From a virus: a stretch of 64,000 nucleotides of DNA. The notes under the pieces were generated by a model. The model saw nothing but the letters and a program-made list of their open reading frames with translations, was not told the DNA's origin and did no database searches. Shown in pieces: positions 37,972 through 47,412 of the stretch (its first letter is position 1; each line of letters opens with the position of its first letter). The stretch is from IMG/VR virus record IMGVR_UViG_3300010885_053065, positions 25,720 to 89,719 of that record. One strand, given 5' to 3'. A program made the translations under genes and the position numbers.

Positions 37972-38120
37972 ATTGTTAAATACTACAGGTTTACCTATCT
38001 ATTTTAGCCTAAGCGTATTTGTGGTTTACCAAAAAACCTACTGTAGTATAATAGAAAAAGGAAGGTAGCCAAGATTTACAGTCTACTACCCTCCCCACTC
38101 ATCCTATCTAGAAAATAAAG

Positions 38121-38924
38121 ATGAATAAATTAAACGTTAACACAGTAAACGAGACTCTTGTTGTAGATTCGAGATTAATTGCTTCTGAACTTGGAATAGG
38201 TCATGAGCCATTTATCAGAACAATTAGAAAATATTCAGACGAAGTAGAACAGTTTGGAATACTCCGTTTTGAAAACGGGACATCTACAAACTCTGTTGGA
38301 GCAACACATAAAACTCTTTTTTGTTATCTAAACGAGGATCAAGCGACATATGTAATGACTTTATCTAAAAATACCGATAAGGTTAGACAATGTAAATTGA
38401 ATTTAGTTAAAGCCTTTTCTGAAGCCAAAAAACTAATTAAAGAAGTCATCCCTGCTCAGTCAGAGAAAATCAAAGAGCTAGAACTTCAAAACGAAAATCT
38501 AAAACTTGAGATTGAATTAGTCAAGGTCAAAGATAAACTAGAGTCTTTCAGATATACTATTGCCACTACTTGTCCAGAGATTGTTCAACAGAAAGTTTTA
38601 GGTTATGAAAAGGTGACAGAAGTACAAATAGTAAAACAGGTTGTAGATACTACAGGTCAGGTTCTTAACAATGGTGACACTATTAACAAAACTGAACTAT
38701 GTCACAGATACAATATCTTTACAAAGAATGGTAAGCCAGACTTCAAGAGACTTAATTTTATGCTTGAGTCACTCGGTATTCTTGACGATGACACAGCATG
38801 GGTTGAAGCTGTTACTCCACAATTCAACCGTCAGTTAAAAAGAGAAAAGTTAACTGAATTAGACAGGCAGTGGCTAATATCTAACAGACAGTTATTCTTT
38901 GGTGAATCTGATATCGATAGATAG
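38121..38924 (+). CDS. Rha-family phage regulatory protein
   Basis: VDSRLIA..LG..H, YLNEDQAT..MTLS.NT..V...K..LVKAF. Confidence 0.85.
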   Translation: MNKLNVNTVNETLVVDSRLIASELGIGHEPFIRTIRKYSDEVEQFGILRFENGTSTNSVGATHKTLFCYLNEDQATYVMTLSKNTDKVRQCKLNLVKAFSEAKKLIKEVIPAQSEKIKELELQNENLKLEIELVKVKDKLESFRYTIATTCPEIVQQKVLGYEKVTEVQIVKQVVDTTGQVLNNGDTINKTELCHRYNIFTKNGKPDFKRLNFMLESLGILDDDTAWVEAVTPQFNRQLKREKLTELDRQWLISNRQLFFGESDIDR

Positions 38925-38942
38925 TCAATAGATAGATACTAG

Positions 38943-38973
38943 AAAACCGCCTACTAACGCTGTAGGCGGTTTT
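38943..38973 (+). terminator. Intrinsic terminator
   Basis: AAAACCGCCTAC...GTAGGCGGTTTT. Confidence 0.7.
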
Positions 38974-39305
38974 AAGTTAATTAGGTCAACTATTTTTTAT
39001 CGTAAATATCTAGCTAATTTATCTCTTTTAGGGAAGATGCTTTTTCAAAAAGCATCTAATTCTGTGGAATGTCATTAATAACTTTGCCTACTTTTTGTTT
39101 AGGTAGGTATTTCAAGTCAAAAGTCTATCTACACAGTCGTTTCACCACGTCGATTTAAAATCGAACTGGTGGTTTACTTTGAATCATGTAACAACTCAAC
39201 TTTAAATATTAGATAGATAAATTATTTGCTTTAGGGCAACTGCTTTTTTAAAAAGCAGTTGATAAAAAAAGACCTCCATTAATGGAGGTCGAAAGTCATC
39301 TAGTT

Positions 39306-39686
39306 CTAGGTTAGTAGGTTCTCTGTGATCGTAGTATCTGCTATCTGTTCGTACTCGCTAAGAGGGAGTACTTTACCGTGAACAAAGATTTTGTTACCTT
39401 TGATAGTAATTTGACCGTTACCAATCCTACAAGTAATCTCTTTTTTTACTGCATCTATATGGTTAGAGAAAGATTCATCCTTATATATATAGTTGCCAGT
39501 CTCTGAATCAAGTTTAATTTTGTTCTCAGACTCATAAGATAACCACGCGTCACAAGTAAAAGCTACTGGTTTGGGGACTATAGAACCTGTAGCCTCACAT
39601 GATCTATCAAACGAGGAATAATACATACATCGTAAACAAGCTGTTAAACCGTTACTACAGTCAACTCTAAAGTTTAATTCAGACAT
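39306..39686 (-). CDS. Cys-rich hypothetical protein
   Basis: C..C.YY...C...CDAW; coupled to the HTH gene; terminator at ~39264-39290. Confidence 0.55.
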   Translation of the reverse strand: MSELNFRVDCSNGLTACLRCMYYSSFDRSCEATGSIVPKPVAFTCDAWLSYESENKIKLDSETGNYIYKDESFSNHIDAVKKEITCRIGNGQITIKGNKIFVHGKVLPLSEYEQIADTTITENLLT

Positions 39687-39906
39687 TTAGCATTTCCTCT
39701 ACAGAAATATTTAATTTATCCATTATTTTTAATAACACCCAACCATTAGGTATTCCTCTACCCTGCTCGACTTTAGCAATAGTGTCTTTACTAACGAGTA
39801 CTTGTTGCGCGAGAACCTCTTGACTAAGACAGGTTCTTAGCCGTTTTTCTTTTACCAAAATTCCTAACTTTTTGCGCTTTAATGTTTCGCTCATTTGTAG
39901 ATACAT
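39679..39906 (-). CDS. XRE-family HTH regulator
   Basis: LSQEVLAQ...VS..TIAKVEQG...P....L.KI...L.IS. Confidence 0.85.
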   Translation of the reverse strand: MYLQMSETLKRKKLGILVKEKRLRTCLSQEVLAQQVLVSKDTIAKVEQGRGIPNGWVLLKIMDKLNISVEEMLNV

Positions 39907-40010
39907 TGATAAGTACTCGTTTAGGTATGTAAAAGTAAGTACTTATATATACACACCTGTATTAATAATAGCAATATTCTATGTCAAGCTGAGAAATAGG
40001 AACCTATTTC

Positions 40011-40586
40011 TTGTTTTCTATGTATTTTGACAGCAATCCAATTATTAGTTACGAGTTAACCCATGAAGGCTTTCTTCGTGTGGTAGGTACAGTAGCAAAA
40101 ACTGGTTGGTTAGTTTATCAAAATAAAGACGGAAGCACAAGAAAAGAGTTCGTACCTGAGGAAACTTTATTTAATCCAGAACATCTTGATTCTATTGGTG
40201 GAAAACCTCTTACTTTAGAGCATCCTCCTAACGGAGTTAACCCTCAAAACTTCAAACAATACAGTGTAGGTTTAAGCGGGACAAAGGTAACAGGAAGAAA
40301 GGATTCAGGACTTATAGATATCGTTTTGGTAGTTTGTGATGACAATGCGATTCAGTCAATTATTGACGGGAAAACTACAGAGTTATCAATGGGTTATCAC
40401 GCTGAAACCCTCCCAAGACGAGATGGAAATTTTACTCAAATTAAACGAATTTGTAACCATATTGCCTTGACTAAAAAAGGTAGAGCTGGACCTGAAGTTG
40501 CCTTGCATCTAGACGGTTGGCATCAAGTTGATAAAGAACCTATTAACCAGAAACCAAAATGGCAAATTTTAAGTGTGACGGTGTAG
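40011..40586 (+). CDS. DUF2213 prohead protease
   Basis: T.EGFL, GKPLTLEHP, ELSMGY, NHIAL...GRAG. Confidence 0.9.
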   Translation: MFSMYFDSNPIISYELTHEGFLRVVGTVAKTGWLVYQNKDGSTRKEFVPEETLFNPEHLDSIGGKPLTLEHPPNGVNPQNFKQYSVGLSGTKVTGRKDSGLIDIVLVVCDDNAIQSIIDGKTTELSMGYHAETLPRRDGNFTQIKRICNHIALTKKGRAGPEVALHLDGWHQVDKEPINQKPKWQILSVTV

Positions 40587-41245
40587 AAATTGAAGTTCCT
40601 GACAATATTGTTGGGTTTATTCAGTCTGCAGTACAGAAACGAGACTCTCAAATTGAGCAGCTAAGAAAAGACGCAAGTCAAGGACCTTGGACTATCGAAA
40701 TTGAAGGAAAAGACAAGTCTTTTGATGATCCGGACGACATGTACGACTCCTTCAAAAAGATGTGTGATTCCTATAAAAAAGAAAAGAAAGATGCTGAAGA
40801 CACCAAGAAAAAACTAGAAGAAACCACTTCTAAATGTGATTCTCTATCTGGTCAAGTTGAAGCATTAAAACTAGAAGCAGAAACTAGAGTTGATTCTGTA
40901 ACTGTTGTTCCTTTTGAAGCTCTTAAAGAAAGAATCAAACTACAGAATAAAGCTGGCAAATACTTACCTAAAACTTTCAATATTGACTCTCTCTGTGACC
41001 TAACAGACAGACAAATCAAGGAGAAAGTTATTGAGGCTAAGTGGAAAAATATCAAGAATCTTTCTGCTAAAAACGATGCAGAGATTGAAGGTATGTACCA
41101 TGTAGCAACAATTGAAGAACCACCTCAAACAGACTCTTCTGACCTTCTACAACAAGCTTTAGCAGGTATTCAATCAGTTAATGATCGTAGCGGAAATGAG
41201 TACGTTAAGACAACTGAAAATGCTTGGCAGTGGATTAATAAATAG
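40559..41245 (+). CDS. Capsid scaffold protein
   Basis: Charged coiled coil with repeated (R/T)DS motifs, between protease and capsid genes. Confidence 0.7.
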   Translation: MANFKCDGVEIEVPDNIVGFIQSAVQKRDSQIEQLRKDASQGPWTIEIEGKDKSFDDPDDMYDSFKKMCDSYKKEKKDAEDTKKKLEETTSKCDSLSGQVEALKLEAETRVDSVTVVPFEALKERIKLQNKAGKYLPKTFNIDSLCDLTDRQIKEKVIEAKWKNIKNLSAKNDAEIEGMYHVATIEEPPQTDSSDLLQQALAGIQSVNDRSGNEYVKTTENAWQWINK

Positions 41246-41255
41246 GAGTTAAACT

Positions 41256-42230
41256 ATGCCTTTTTCTAATTACGATTTTGTCTCTGCTACTCCTTTGTAT
41301 GAAGGTCAGTTAGCCTCTAATTCACTTCACAATATTCGCTCTTATACGAACAATACCAATGCTGTTATTCCTTTTGGTAGAGCATTGGTACAAGATACAC
41401 TACAGAACTCAGCCAAGATAGCTACAGCAATTAGTGGAGTTTTCCTTGGTGTATCTCTAGCTGTTGAAGTGTATGAAGCAACTAAAGATAGTTCTGGTGT
41501 TTACTTTGGTGGTTTCCCTCCTTATCGTGAGATGTCTGTATTAACTCAAGGTGATGTTGCTGTTTATGTAGAACAGGCTGTAACTGTTACTGATCCTGTT
41601 TTCTTTAGACACACCGCTAATGGTTCTAACCAAATTCTTGGAGTATTTAGAAAAGATGCAGATACTTTGACTGGTGGTTCTATTGCAAGTATCACTGTAG
41701 GAACCGCAGGTTCTGGTTATACAACTGCTCCTAACGTTGCTTTCTCTGGTGGTTCTGGTTCTGGTGCTACAGCTACTGCTGTTATTGCAACCAATACAGT
41801 AGCTGCTATTGCAATCACTAACGGTGGTACTGGTTATAGCTCAGCCCCAACTTTAGCAGTAACTGGTGGTGGTGGTTCAGGAGCCACAGCAACTTGTACT
41901 GTAAGTGGTGGAGTAATCAACGCAGTAACTATTACTAACGCAGGTACTGGTTATGTAACCGCTCCTACTATCACAGTTACTGGTGCAGGTACAGGAGCAG
42001 TTTTAACTGCCACTTTAGGTGGTGGGGTAACAGGAGTAATTATCACTAATGCAGGTACTGGTTATAGTTCAGCTCCTACCATTTCTTTCTCTGGTGGTGG
42101 TGGAACGAGTGCAGCAGCTACAGCTACCGTATCTAGTTCAGTTGCTACAGCAGATCAAGTGACTAGCGCACGTTGGGTTGAAGGTGCTCCTGCTGGTGGT
42201 ATCGCAATCTTATCTTTATTCAAACCTTAA
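41256..42230 (+). CDS. Head decoration/cement protein with an inserted Gly/Thr repeat domain
   Basis: IPFGRAL, MSVLTQG.V.V, PVFFRH; four G(S/T)GY..AP units. Confidence 0.75.
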   Translation: MPFSNYDFVSATPLYEGQLASNSLHNIRSYTNNTNAVIPFGRALVQDTLQNSAKIATAISGVFLGVSLAVEVYEATKDSSGVYFGGFPPYREMSVLTQGDVAVYVEQAVTVTDPVFFRHTANGSNQILGVFRKDADTLTGGSIASITVGTAGSGYTTAPNVAFSGGSGSGATATAVIATNTVAAIAITNGGTGYSSAPTLAVTGGGGSGATATCTVSGGVINAVTITNAGTGYVTAPTITVTGAGTGAVLTATLGGGVTGVIITNAGTGYSSAPTISFSGGGGTSAAATATVSSSVATADQVTSARWVEGAPAGGIAILSLFKP

Positions 42231-42247
42231 TTACGGGGTAATTAACT

Positions 42248-43210
42248 ATGCCATCTACAACCACAGCAAGCTTTAACCTATTACGCTTTCTTGAGTATAA
42301 AATACCTACTGTATTTGAAAGACAAGAAAGAGAGTTAGTTTTCGATAACGGAATGTTACTACCTCAATCCGGTGATCTACCTTTTGGTGCTACTGACGTA
42401 GTTGCTGAACTAGTAGACCGTCGAGGTGAGGCTAAAATCATCGCTTCTGGCGACAACGATATCCCTTTAGTTGACGTTAAAGTTACTGAAGATAAATATC
42501 CAGTAGTTCGTCTAGCAGCAGGTTTCAGATACGAAGAAAGCGAATTAGAAGCAGCTACTTTCGCTGAGTCTAATGGACAGATTATCACCAATTTGAAAGA
42601 CCGTCGTATGATTGCTGCACGTCGAGTTATTGACGAAAAATCTCACATACTTGGTGCTTTCGGTGACGTTCCTCATAATATGTATGGGTTGCTAAACAAT
42701 CCAAACGTACCCGTCCTCAACCTTTCAACTGGACCTCACTCTAACGGTTATACAGCAGATCAGATGATTCAGTTTGTAACAACGTCTTATGACACAATCG
42801 TTACAAACACTTTATTGGTTGCTAAGCCAGACATTATCCTCCTGCCTTATAGAACTTATTCCCTACTCAATACCACTTATCGCTCTAGCCCAAGTGACTT
42901 GACAGTACTGCAGCACATCCTAAACATCCTTACTCCCTTAGGACTAAGAGCAATCAAGCCAGTAAACGAGTTAACCTCTGAGCAGCTTGTTAAATATGGT
43001 GCACAGGCTTCAGGAACCAATAAGTATAGAATGGTATTGTACAAACTAGATCCGTTCTTTGGGTTCAATAGACAGTTCACACCTTATAAACAGTCTATTC
43101 CTGAGTACAGAAAAATGGGTTACGAGACCTATATGATCAAATCTGTTAGTTCTGTGCTTAACGAATACCCAAACAACGCTCTATACGTTGATTACCCAAC
43201 AGGACTATAA
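42248..43210 (+). CDS. Major capsid protein (DUF2184 family)
   Basis: GEAKII....DIPLVDV, EL.AA, AARR, GLLNNPNVP. Confidence 0.9.
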   Translation: MPSTTTASFNLLRFLEYKIPTVFERQERELVFDNGMLLPQSGDLPFGATDVVAELVDRRGEAKIIASGDNDIPLVDVKVTEDKYPVVRLAAGFRYEESELEAATFAESNGQIITNLKDRRMIAARRVIDEKSHILGAFGDVPHNMYGLLNNPNVPVLNLSTGPHSNGYTADQMIQFVTTSYDTIVTNTLLVAKPDIILLPYRTYSLLNTTYRSSPSDLTVLQHILNILTPLGLRAIKPVNELTSEQLVKYGAQASGTNKYRMVLYKLDPFFGFNRQFTPYKQSIPEYRKMGYETYMIKSVSSVLNEYPNNALYVDYPTGL

Positions 43211-43214
43211 GACA

Positions 43215-43607
43215 ATGACTCAAGACAAAGCCTTTGCAATTGTTTATTACGATCCTCTGCAAGAGAATCCACGCAGATATGGACCGAGATCATTTGACTT
43301 TGTAAAGCTAGAGTCTGGCAGAAACACACTAGATCAGCGCGATTTTGAGACCTTACGCTCACATCCTGAGTTTGAGGAATACGTAAAGATACGTGCTATT
43401 GAAGTTATTGCTTCTGAAATACCCGAAGTAGTTAACGAGTCTCTCGACTACTTGGACGCTAATACAGCAATTCAAGTAGTTAGAGATGAGTTCGATGCTG
43501 AAAAGCTAGTTAATTGGCAAAAGCAGGAACTATCAGGGAAGAAAAGAAAGACAGTACTTAACGCCTTAGCTATCCAAATTAAAGACGCTAAAGAAGGTAC
43601 CCTATAG
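43215..43607 (+). CDS. Head-associated protein
   Basis: Follows the capsid gene; C-terminal RKTVLNAL..QI; ATG 43215 preferred. Confidence 0.6.
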   Translation: MTQDKAFAIVYYDPLQENPRRYGPRSFDFVKLESGRNTLDQRDFETLRSHPEFEEYVKIRAIEVIASEIPEVVNESLDYLDANTAIQVVRDEFDAEKLVNWQKQELSGKKRKTVLNALAIQIKDAKEGTL

Positions 43608-43945
43608 TGGATATTACCCCCGACGATATTAGATTTGAATTTCCTGAGTTCTCTGGTCTTTCTGACCTACAAATTCAGTCTGTCTTAGACCGTGCTTCTA
43701 GACAGATTCAAATCGAGCGTTGGGGTGACTTATTCCAAGACGGTATTAAAACCTTTACTGCTCATACTCTTATGGTTCGCTATATCAATAAATTAGATAT
43801 AGGTGGCTATATAAAGTCTTTGGATTCTGATAAGAGTAGCGGTCCTGATTTTAACAAGGGTAGTGTAGCTTTTGAGAGTACTATCTACGGATTAGAATAC
43901 CTCCAATTATTAAGCCAATTAGGAGGGGTAGGATTTGTAGTATGA
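43607..43945 (+). CDS. DUF4054 head-tail adaptor
   Basis: FPEF, TAH.L, T.YG.EYLQL. Confidence 0.85.
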   Translation: MDITPDDIRFEFPEFSGLSDLQIQSVLDRASRQIQIERWGDLFQDGIKTFTAHTLMVRYINKLDIGGYIKSLDSDKSSGPDFNKGSVAFESTIYGLEYLQLLSQLGGVGFVV

Positions 43946-44394
43946 CTTACTCTGCTCAAGGTGCTTTAGACGCGATCAAAGTTATTTCTGTTTCTATTGC
44001 AGGTTTACTTCCTCAATCCCCTAACTTTAAGTTCTACTTATCTTTAGCAGGAGGCGACTTAGCTTCTGATGATTGGGGTAACCCTATTACAGATGAAAAT
44101 CTTGAGATAACTTTAACTGGTCGGTTGTACCAAACAAAACCAACTACTACACAACCAAACCCAGGAGTAGCTGATAGCGCGGTCTACTATGAAGGTAGAC
44201 TAACGGATAACTCTAGATTTCCTCAGCCTTTACCAGTTAAAGTTGAGGCTGAGATTCTATCAGAAGGACTTTGGAGAAAAGGTGTATTTTATCCTGTCCA
44301 ACGCTTTCAATCTGCTATCTCTGAATCTATTGCTGCTAGTGCTGCTTTAGGTCAAAAGATATCGGGTTATTTCCAGATAGGAGAGGGTTACTGA
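43942..44394 (+). CDS. Head closure/stopper protein
   Basis: DDWGNP motif; position after the adaptor. Confidence 0.55.
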   Translation: MTYSAQGALDAIKVISVSIAGLLPQSPNFKFYLSLAGGDLASDDWGNPITDENLEITLTGRLYQTKPTTTQPNPGVADSAVYYEGRLTDNSRFPQPLPVKVEAEILSEGLWRKGVFYPVQRFQSAISESIAASAALGQKISGYFQIGEGY

Positions 44395-44804
44395 TGGCTA
44401 TCACTATCGACCTAACTGCTTTTAATAGAGAGTTTGACGGAGTAACCTTCGAGTTCTTGAACGTAATTGCTGACTCCATGCAGTCTCAATTAACAGAGGA
44501 AGTCAGGGTTTATCCAAGAGAAACTAAGCGTAAGTATGGTCGTGGTAGAACAGGTAAGCTTGCTGGATCTCGTAGGGATGTAGTGGATAGTGGTGAACTA
44601 GTAAATAGCTTTGATTTGTCGATTAATAAATCTATTAGTTCAATTACTGGAAACTATACTTACAGTGCTGACCACGCTATCTTTGTTTATCTTGGTTATG
44701 TACTAAAGACAGGAGCTAAAGTACCTCCTTATCCTTGGATAGCTAATGCAATTAGAGAACTAGATATACTAAAACTGTTTGAGGAGCTATGGAATGGCAA
44801 CTAG
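44394..44804 (+). CDS. Tail completion protein (HK97 gp10-like)
   Basis: VDSGELVNS, Y...HA.FV.LG, PYPWI. Confidence 0.7.
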   Translation: MAITIDLTAFNREFDGVTFEFLNVIADSMQSQLTEEVRVYPRETKRKYGRGRTGKLAGSRRDVVDSGELVNSFDLSINKSISSITGNYTYSADHAIFVYLGYVLKTGAKVPPYPWIANAIRELDILKLFEELWNGN

Positions 44805-45243
44805 AACAGCTAAGGATACTTTAATCTTGCTCAAAAAGGTGCTTAATTCTTTACTGGTAGAGCAATTAGGTATTTATGTCTTGGGTAATGGGGCTGAAAC
44901 TCCTTCTATTGCTATCAGGATATCTGAGGAAAAACCAAGCTACAAACTAAAGCCTGATTCTGGTATTGAATGTATTATCGAGCCAGAATCAGATAGTGAA
45001 TACAGATTTTTAAAAATTGGTGGTACTAGTCTAATAAGACGCTTCACTATAACGTTAGACCAACACAACCCCAGACAGACTTTGGCTGATTCCTTGGAGT
45101 TGATTTACTCACATCCTGGAATTAGACCAATGGAAAAACCGTTAGTAAGACCAAGATTACGATATCCCAATCAACAGGGAGAGGCTCCAGCTAGAGCACT
45201 TTTAGTAATCTCAGAAGCACAATATTTAGAATCAGTATATTAA
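44794..45243 (+). CDS. Putative tail terminator
   Basis: Position directly before the tail tube gene; start moved to the overlapping ATG. Confidence 0.55.
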   Translation: MATRTAKDTLILLKKVLNSLLVEQLGIYVLGNGAETPSIAIRISEEKPSYKLKPDSGIECIIEPESDSEYRFLKIGGTSLIRRFTITLDQHNPRQTLADSLELIYSHPGIRPMEKPLVRPRLRYPNQQGEAPARALLVISEAQYLESVY

Positions 45244-45253
45244 GGGGTAAACA

Positions 45254-46267
45254 ATGGCAACTTTACAATCATTAGCAGGGTTAGATTTCTATCAGTCTGG
45301 GTTAAATTTATCTGAAGTCAATCAAGTACGCGGCGACTCTATGGAGTTGTGGCTTTCTAAGTTGACTTTTGGTAGTAGCCGACCATCTATCGTCACAGTA
45401 ACAGCGTCAGCCGATGCAGCAACCGATGCAGAAACAATAGCAGCAACAATTTCTACTCCTACCGTACTTTATCGCAGAGATGTTTTATGGTTCTCTGCTG
45501 CAGGAGTACTAGCAGTAGTTAAAGAAACTGTTAACTTAGGCGGTACAGGTACTGGTTTATCTTTAACCGCTGTTTTAGGTACAGGTGGCAATGCTCAAAA
45601 AGTAGTATCAGTCACTATCAACAACGGTGGTAGTGGGTATGTAACGGCACCCACACTTGCTTTTACAGGTGGTGCAGGTTCAGGAGCTACAGCAACTTGT
45701 ACTGTAGTTGATGGTGTGGTTACTTCTGTTACTGTAACAGCACAAGGTTCTGGTTACACAAGCGTGCCTACTGTAGCTATTACTGCGGCAACAAATAACT
45801 CAGTTAAAGTATTACCACTTAGTGGACCTATTACCAGTGGTGGAACAGCTAAGACTTATGGTTTGAAACCACTTATCTCCTTAATGGAAGGTGGTGTTGT
45901 TGACCGTCAAGGACAAGAAATGACCTCTCGTGTTAAGGCTCAGTCTCTGTATGAGGTAAAAGGTATTAACAAAAGAAGTGCAACAATGCCTTTAAACGGG
46001 GTTGTTCTTAAAAACGATCCTGCTCTATTTGATATTGAAGATGTTGTAGGTGGTTCACAATTACTCTATGTTGAATCGCGTCATTCTCCATTTCAAGTGT
46101 TTGATAATGGTGGTACTATCTACGACAAAGGTAGAGGAGTGGGTGCAACAGGAGCTATCGGTACTATTCTTAATTTCCAGTTAACTGCTCCTGAAGCTGA
46201 TTATGTCAAGTTCCAAGCTTCACTATCTATTAGTGGTAGCCCTACCCCATACGCTTTATTAGTTTAG
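45254..46267 (+). CDS. Major tail tube protein with an inserted Gly/Thr repeat domain
   Basis: C-terminal A....YVKFQASLSISG.P tube motif; two GSGY...PT units. Confidence 0.75.
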   Translation: MATLQSLAGLDFYQSGLNLSEVNQVRGDSMELWLSKLTFGSSRPSIVTVTASADAATDAETIAATISTPTVLYRRDVLWFSAAGVLAVVKETVNLGGTGTGLSLTAVLGTGGNAQKVVSVTINNGGSGYVTAPTLAFTGGAGSGATATCTVVDGVVTSVTVTAQGSGYTSVPTVAITAATNNSVKVLPLSGPITSGGTAKTYGLKPLISLMEGGVVDRQGQEMTSRVKAQSLYEVKGINKRSATMPLNGVVLKNDPALFDIEDVVGGSQLLYVESRHSPFQVFDNGGTIYDKGRGVGATGAIGTILNFQLTAPEADYVKFQASLSISGSPTPYALLV

Positions 46268-46512
46268 TGATAGCTGAGTTGTTAACCGACTCACTAGAGA
46301 ATCCCTCAGTATGGTTGATCAATTGCCATACTGAGGGTGACCAACTAATTGCTGAGTTAGGTTTTATCTCTATGGGATTAGTTGATAGAGATTATTTGTT
46401 AATTGATGAACAAGGTCAAATTTTCTCTAAAGTTAGGTTACCTAAAGCAGCAATTAAATTAAAAGAAGATATTTTCTGTGAGTTGAAAGAGGAAAAATTC
46501 AAAATGGCTTAG
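46267..46512 (+). CDS. Hypothetical protein
   Basis: Coupled to the tail tube stop. Confidence 0.5.
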   Translation: MIAELLTDSLENPSVWLINCHTEGDQLIAELGFISMGLVDRDYLLIDEQGQIFSKVRLPKAAIKLKEDIFCELKEEKFKMA

Positions 46513-46513
46513 G

Positions 46514-46966
46514 GTGTATTTTATGATCAAAAAGCCTCCAGAATCAGAAGAGATAAAAAGATTAAAACTTAAGCTAGAAATAGCTAAATGTCAGGCTTAT
46601 ATCTGTAAAGAAACGATGCAGTTATTGACTAAATCAGAACTGATATTTTCTACTTACGGTGCTGAGGTTCTTGCATTAATACAAGGTAATCCTGATGCTG
46701 TTATAGAAATATTTGAAACTCTGACTCAAACTATTGTTGTTAAAGGTGACACTAATGTTAATTTTGAGGGAAAACCTTTAGAGCAAGTAGCAAAAGAACA
46801 AGGTTTTAAAACAGTAAAACAGTTAGAATCTTGGTTAAAGAAACATGGTAGAGAAGATATTATTTGTCAAGGTCTAAAAGTTGTTCAAGCTCCTTATATT
46901 CCTACAGAAAACTTACCTGAATTAGAAGACTTATTCTATGAAACTAGTCCAGAAACTCAAACATAG
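46514..46966 (+). CDS. Hypothetical protein resembling an antirepressor C-terminal domain
   Basis: IKRLKLKLE.AK and LEQVAK..GFKT...LE.WL, similar in layout to the Rha C-terminus at 38121. Confidence 0.45.
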   Translation: MYFMIKKPPESEEIKRLKLKLEIAKCQAYICKETMQLLTKSELIFSTYGAEVLALIQGNPDAVIEIFETLTQTIVVKGDTNVNFEGKPLEQVAKEQGFKTVKQLESWLKKHGREDIICQGLKVVQAPYIPTENLPELEDLFYETSPETQT

Positions 46967-47412
46967 TCATCATGTTTTTTACTGAGAAATATATTGATTT
47001 TACTTACTGTCTCTGTAATCTTGTCTAGTAGTTCAGCATTGATTGTAAGTTGCTTGACAACAGCTTCCATTCTAGAATCGTAAAGCTTCTGTTCTAGTGG
47101 TTGCTTAAGTAAATAAGATTTCATGTCTGAGTCTAAAGTGTTTAATCTCTTCTCTAAAATCTCAGCTAAAGATGTTAATTTTTCTATACTTTTTTCAAGT
47201 GAACTATATTTTTTGTCTTCTTCATCTCTAAGAATAGTTCTAGCCTGAGATTGTGTTTTAAAAAGAATATTTTGAGCCGCTAAAACTACGATACTGCTAA
47301 TAATAAAAACTAGTAAGGTAGAATCAAATAAACTGGTAATAGGTGAAGATTCTTTAGAATAGTGAGGAATACTATTTATTTCACTATTATTTTTATTATT
47401 TGTAGATGCCAT
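46957..47412 (-). CDS. Single-TM coiled-coil membrane protein (possible holin)
   Basis: TM LLVFIISSIVVLAA followed by a coiled coil; ATG at 47412. Confidence 0.55.
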   Translation of the reverse strand: MASTNNKNNSEINSIPHYSKESSPITSLFDSTLLVFIISSIVVLAAQNILFKTQSQARTILRDEEDKKYSSLEKSIEKLTSLAEILEKRLNTLDSDMKSYLLKQPLEQKLYDSRMEAVVKQLTINAELLDKITETVSKINIFLSKKHDDYV

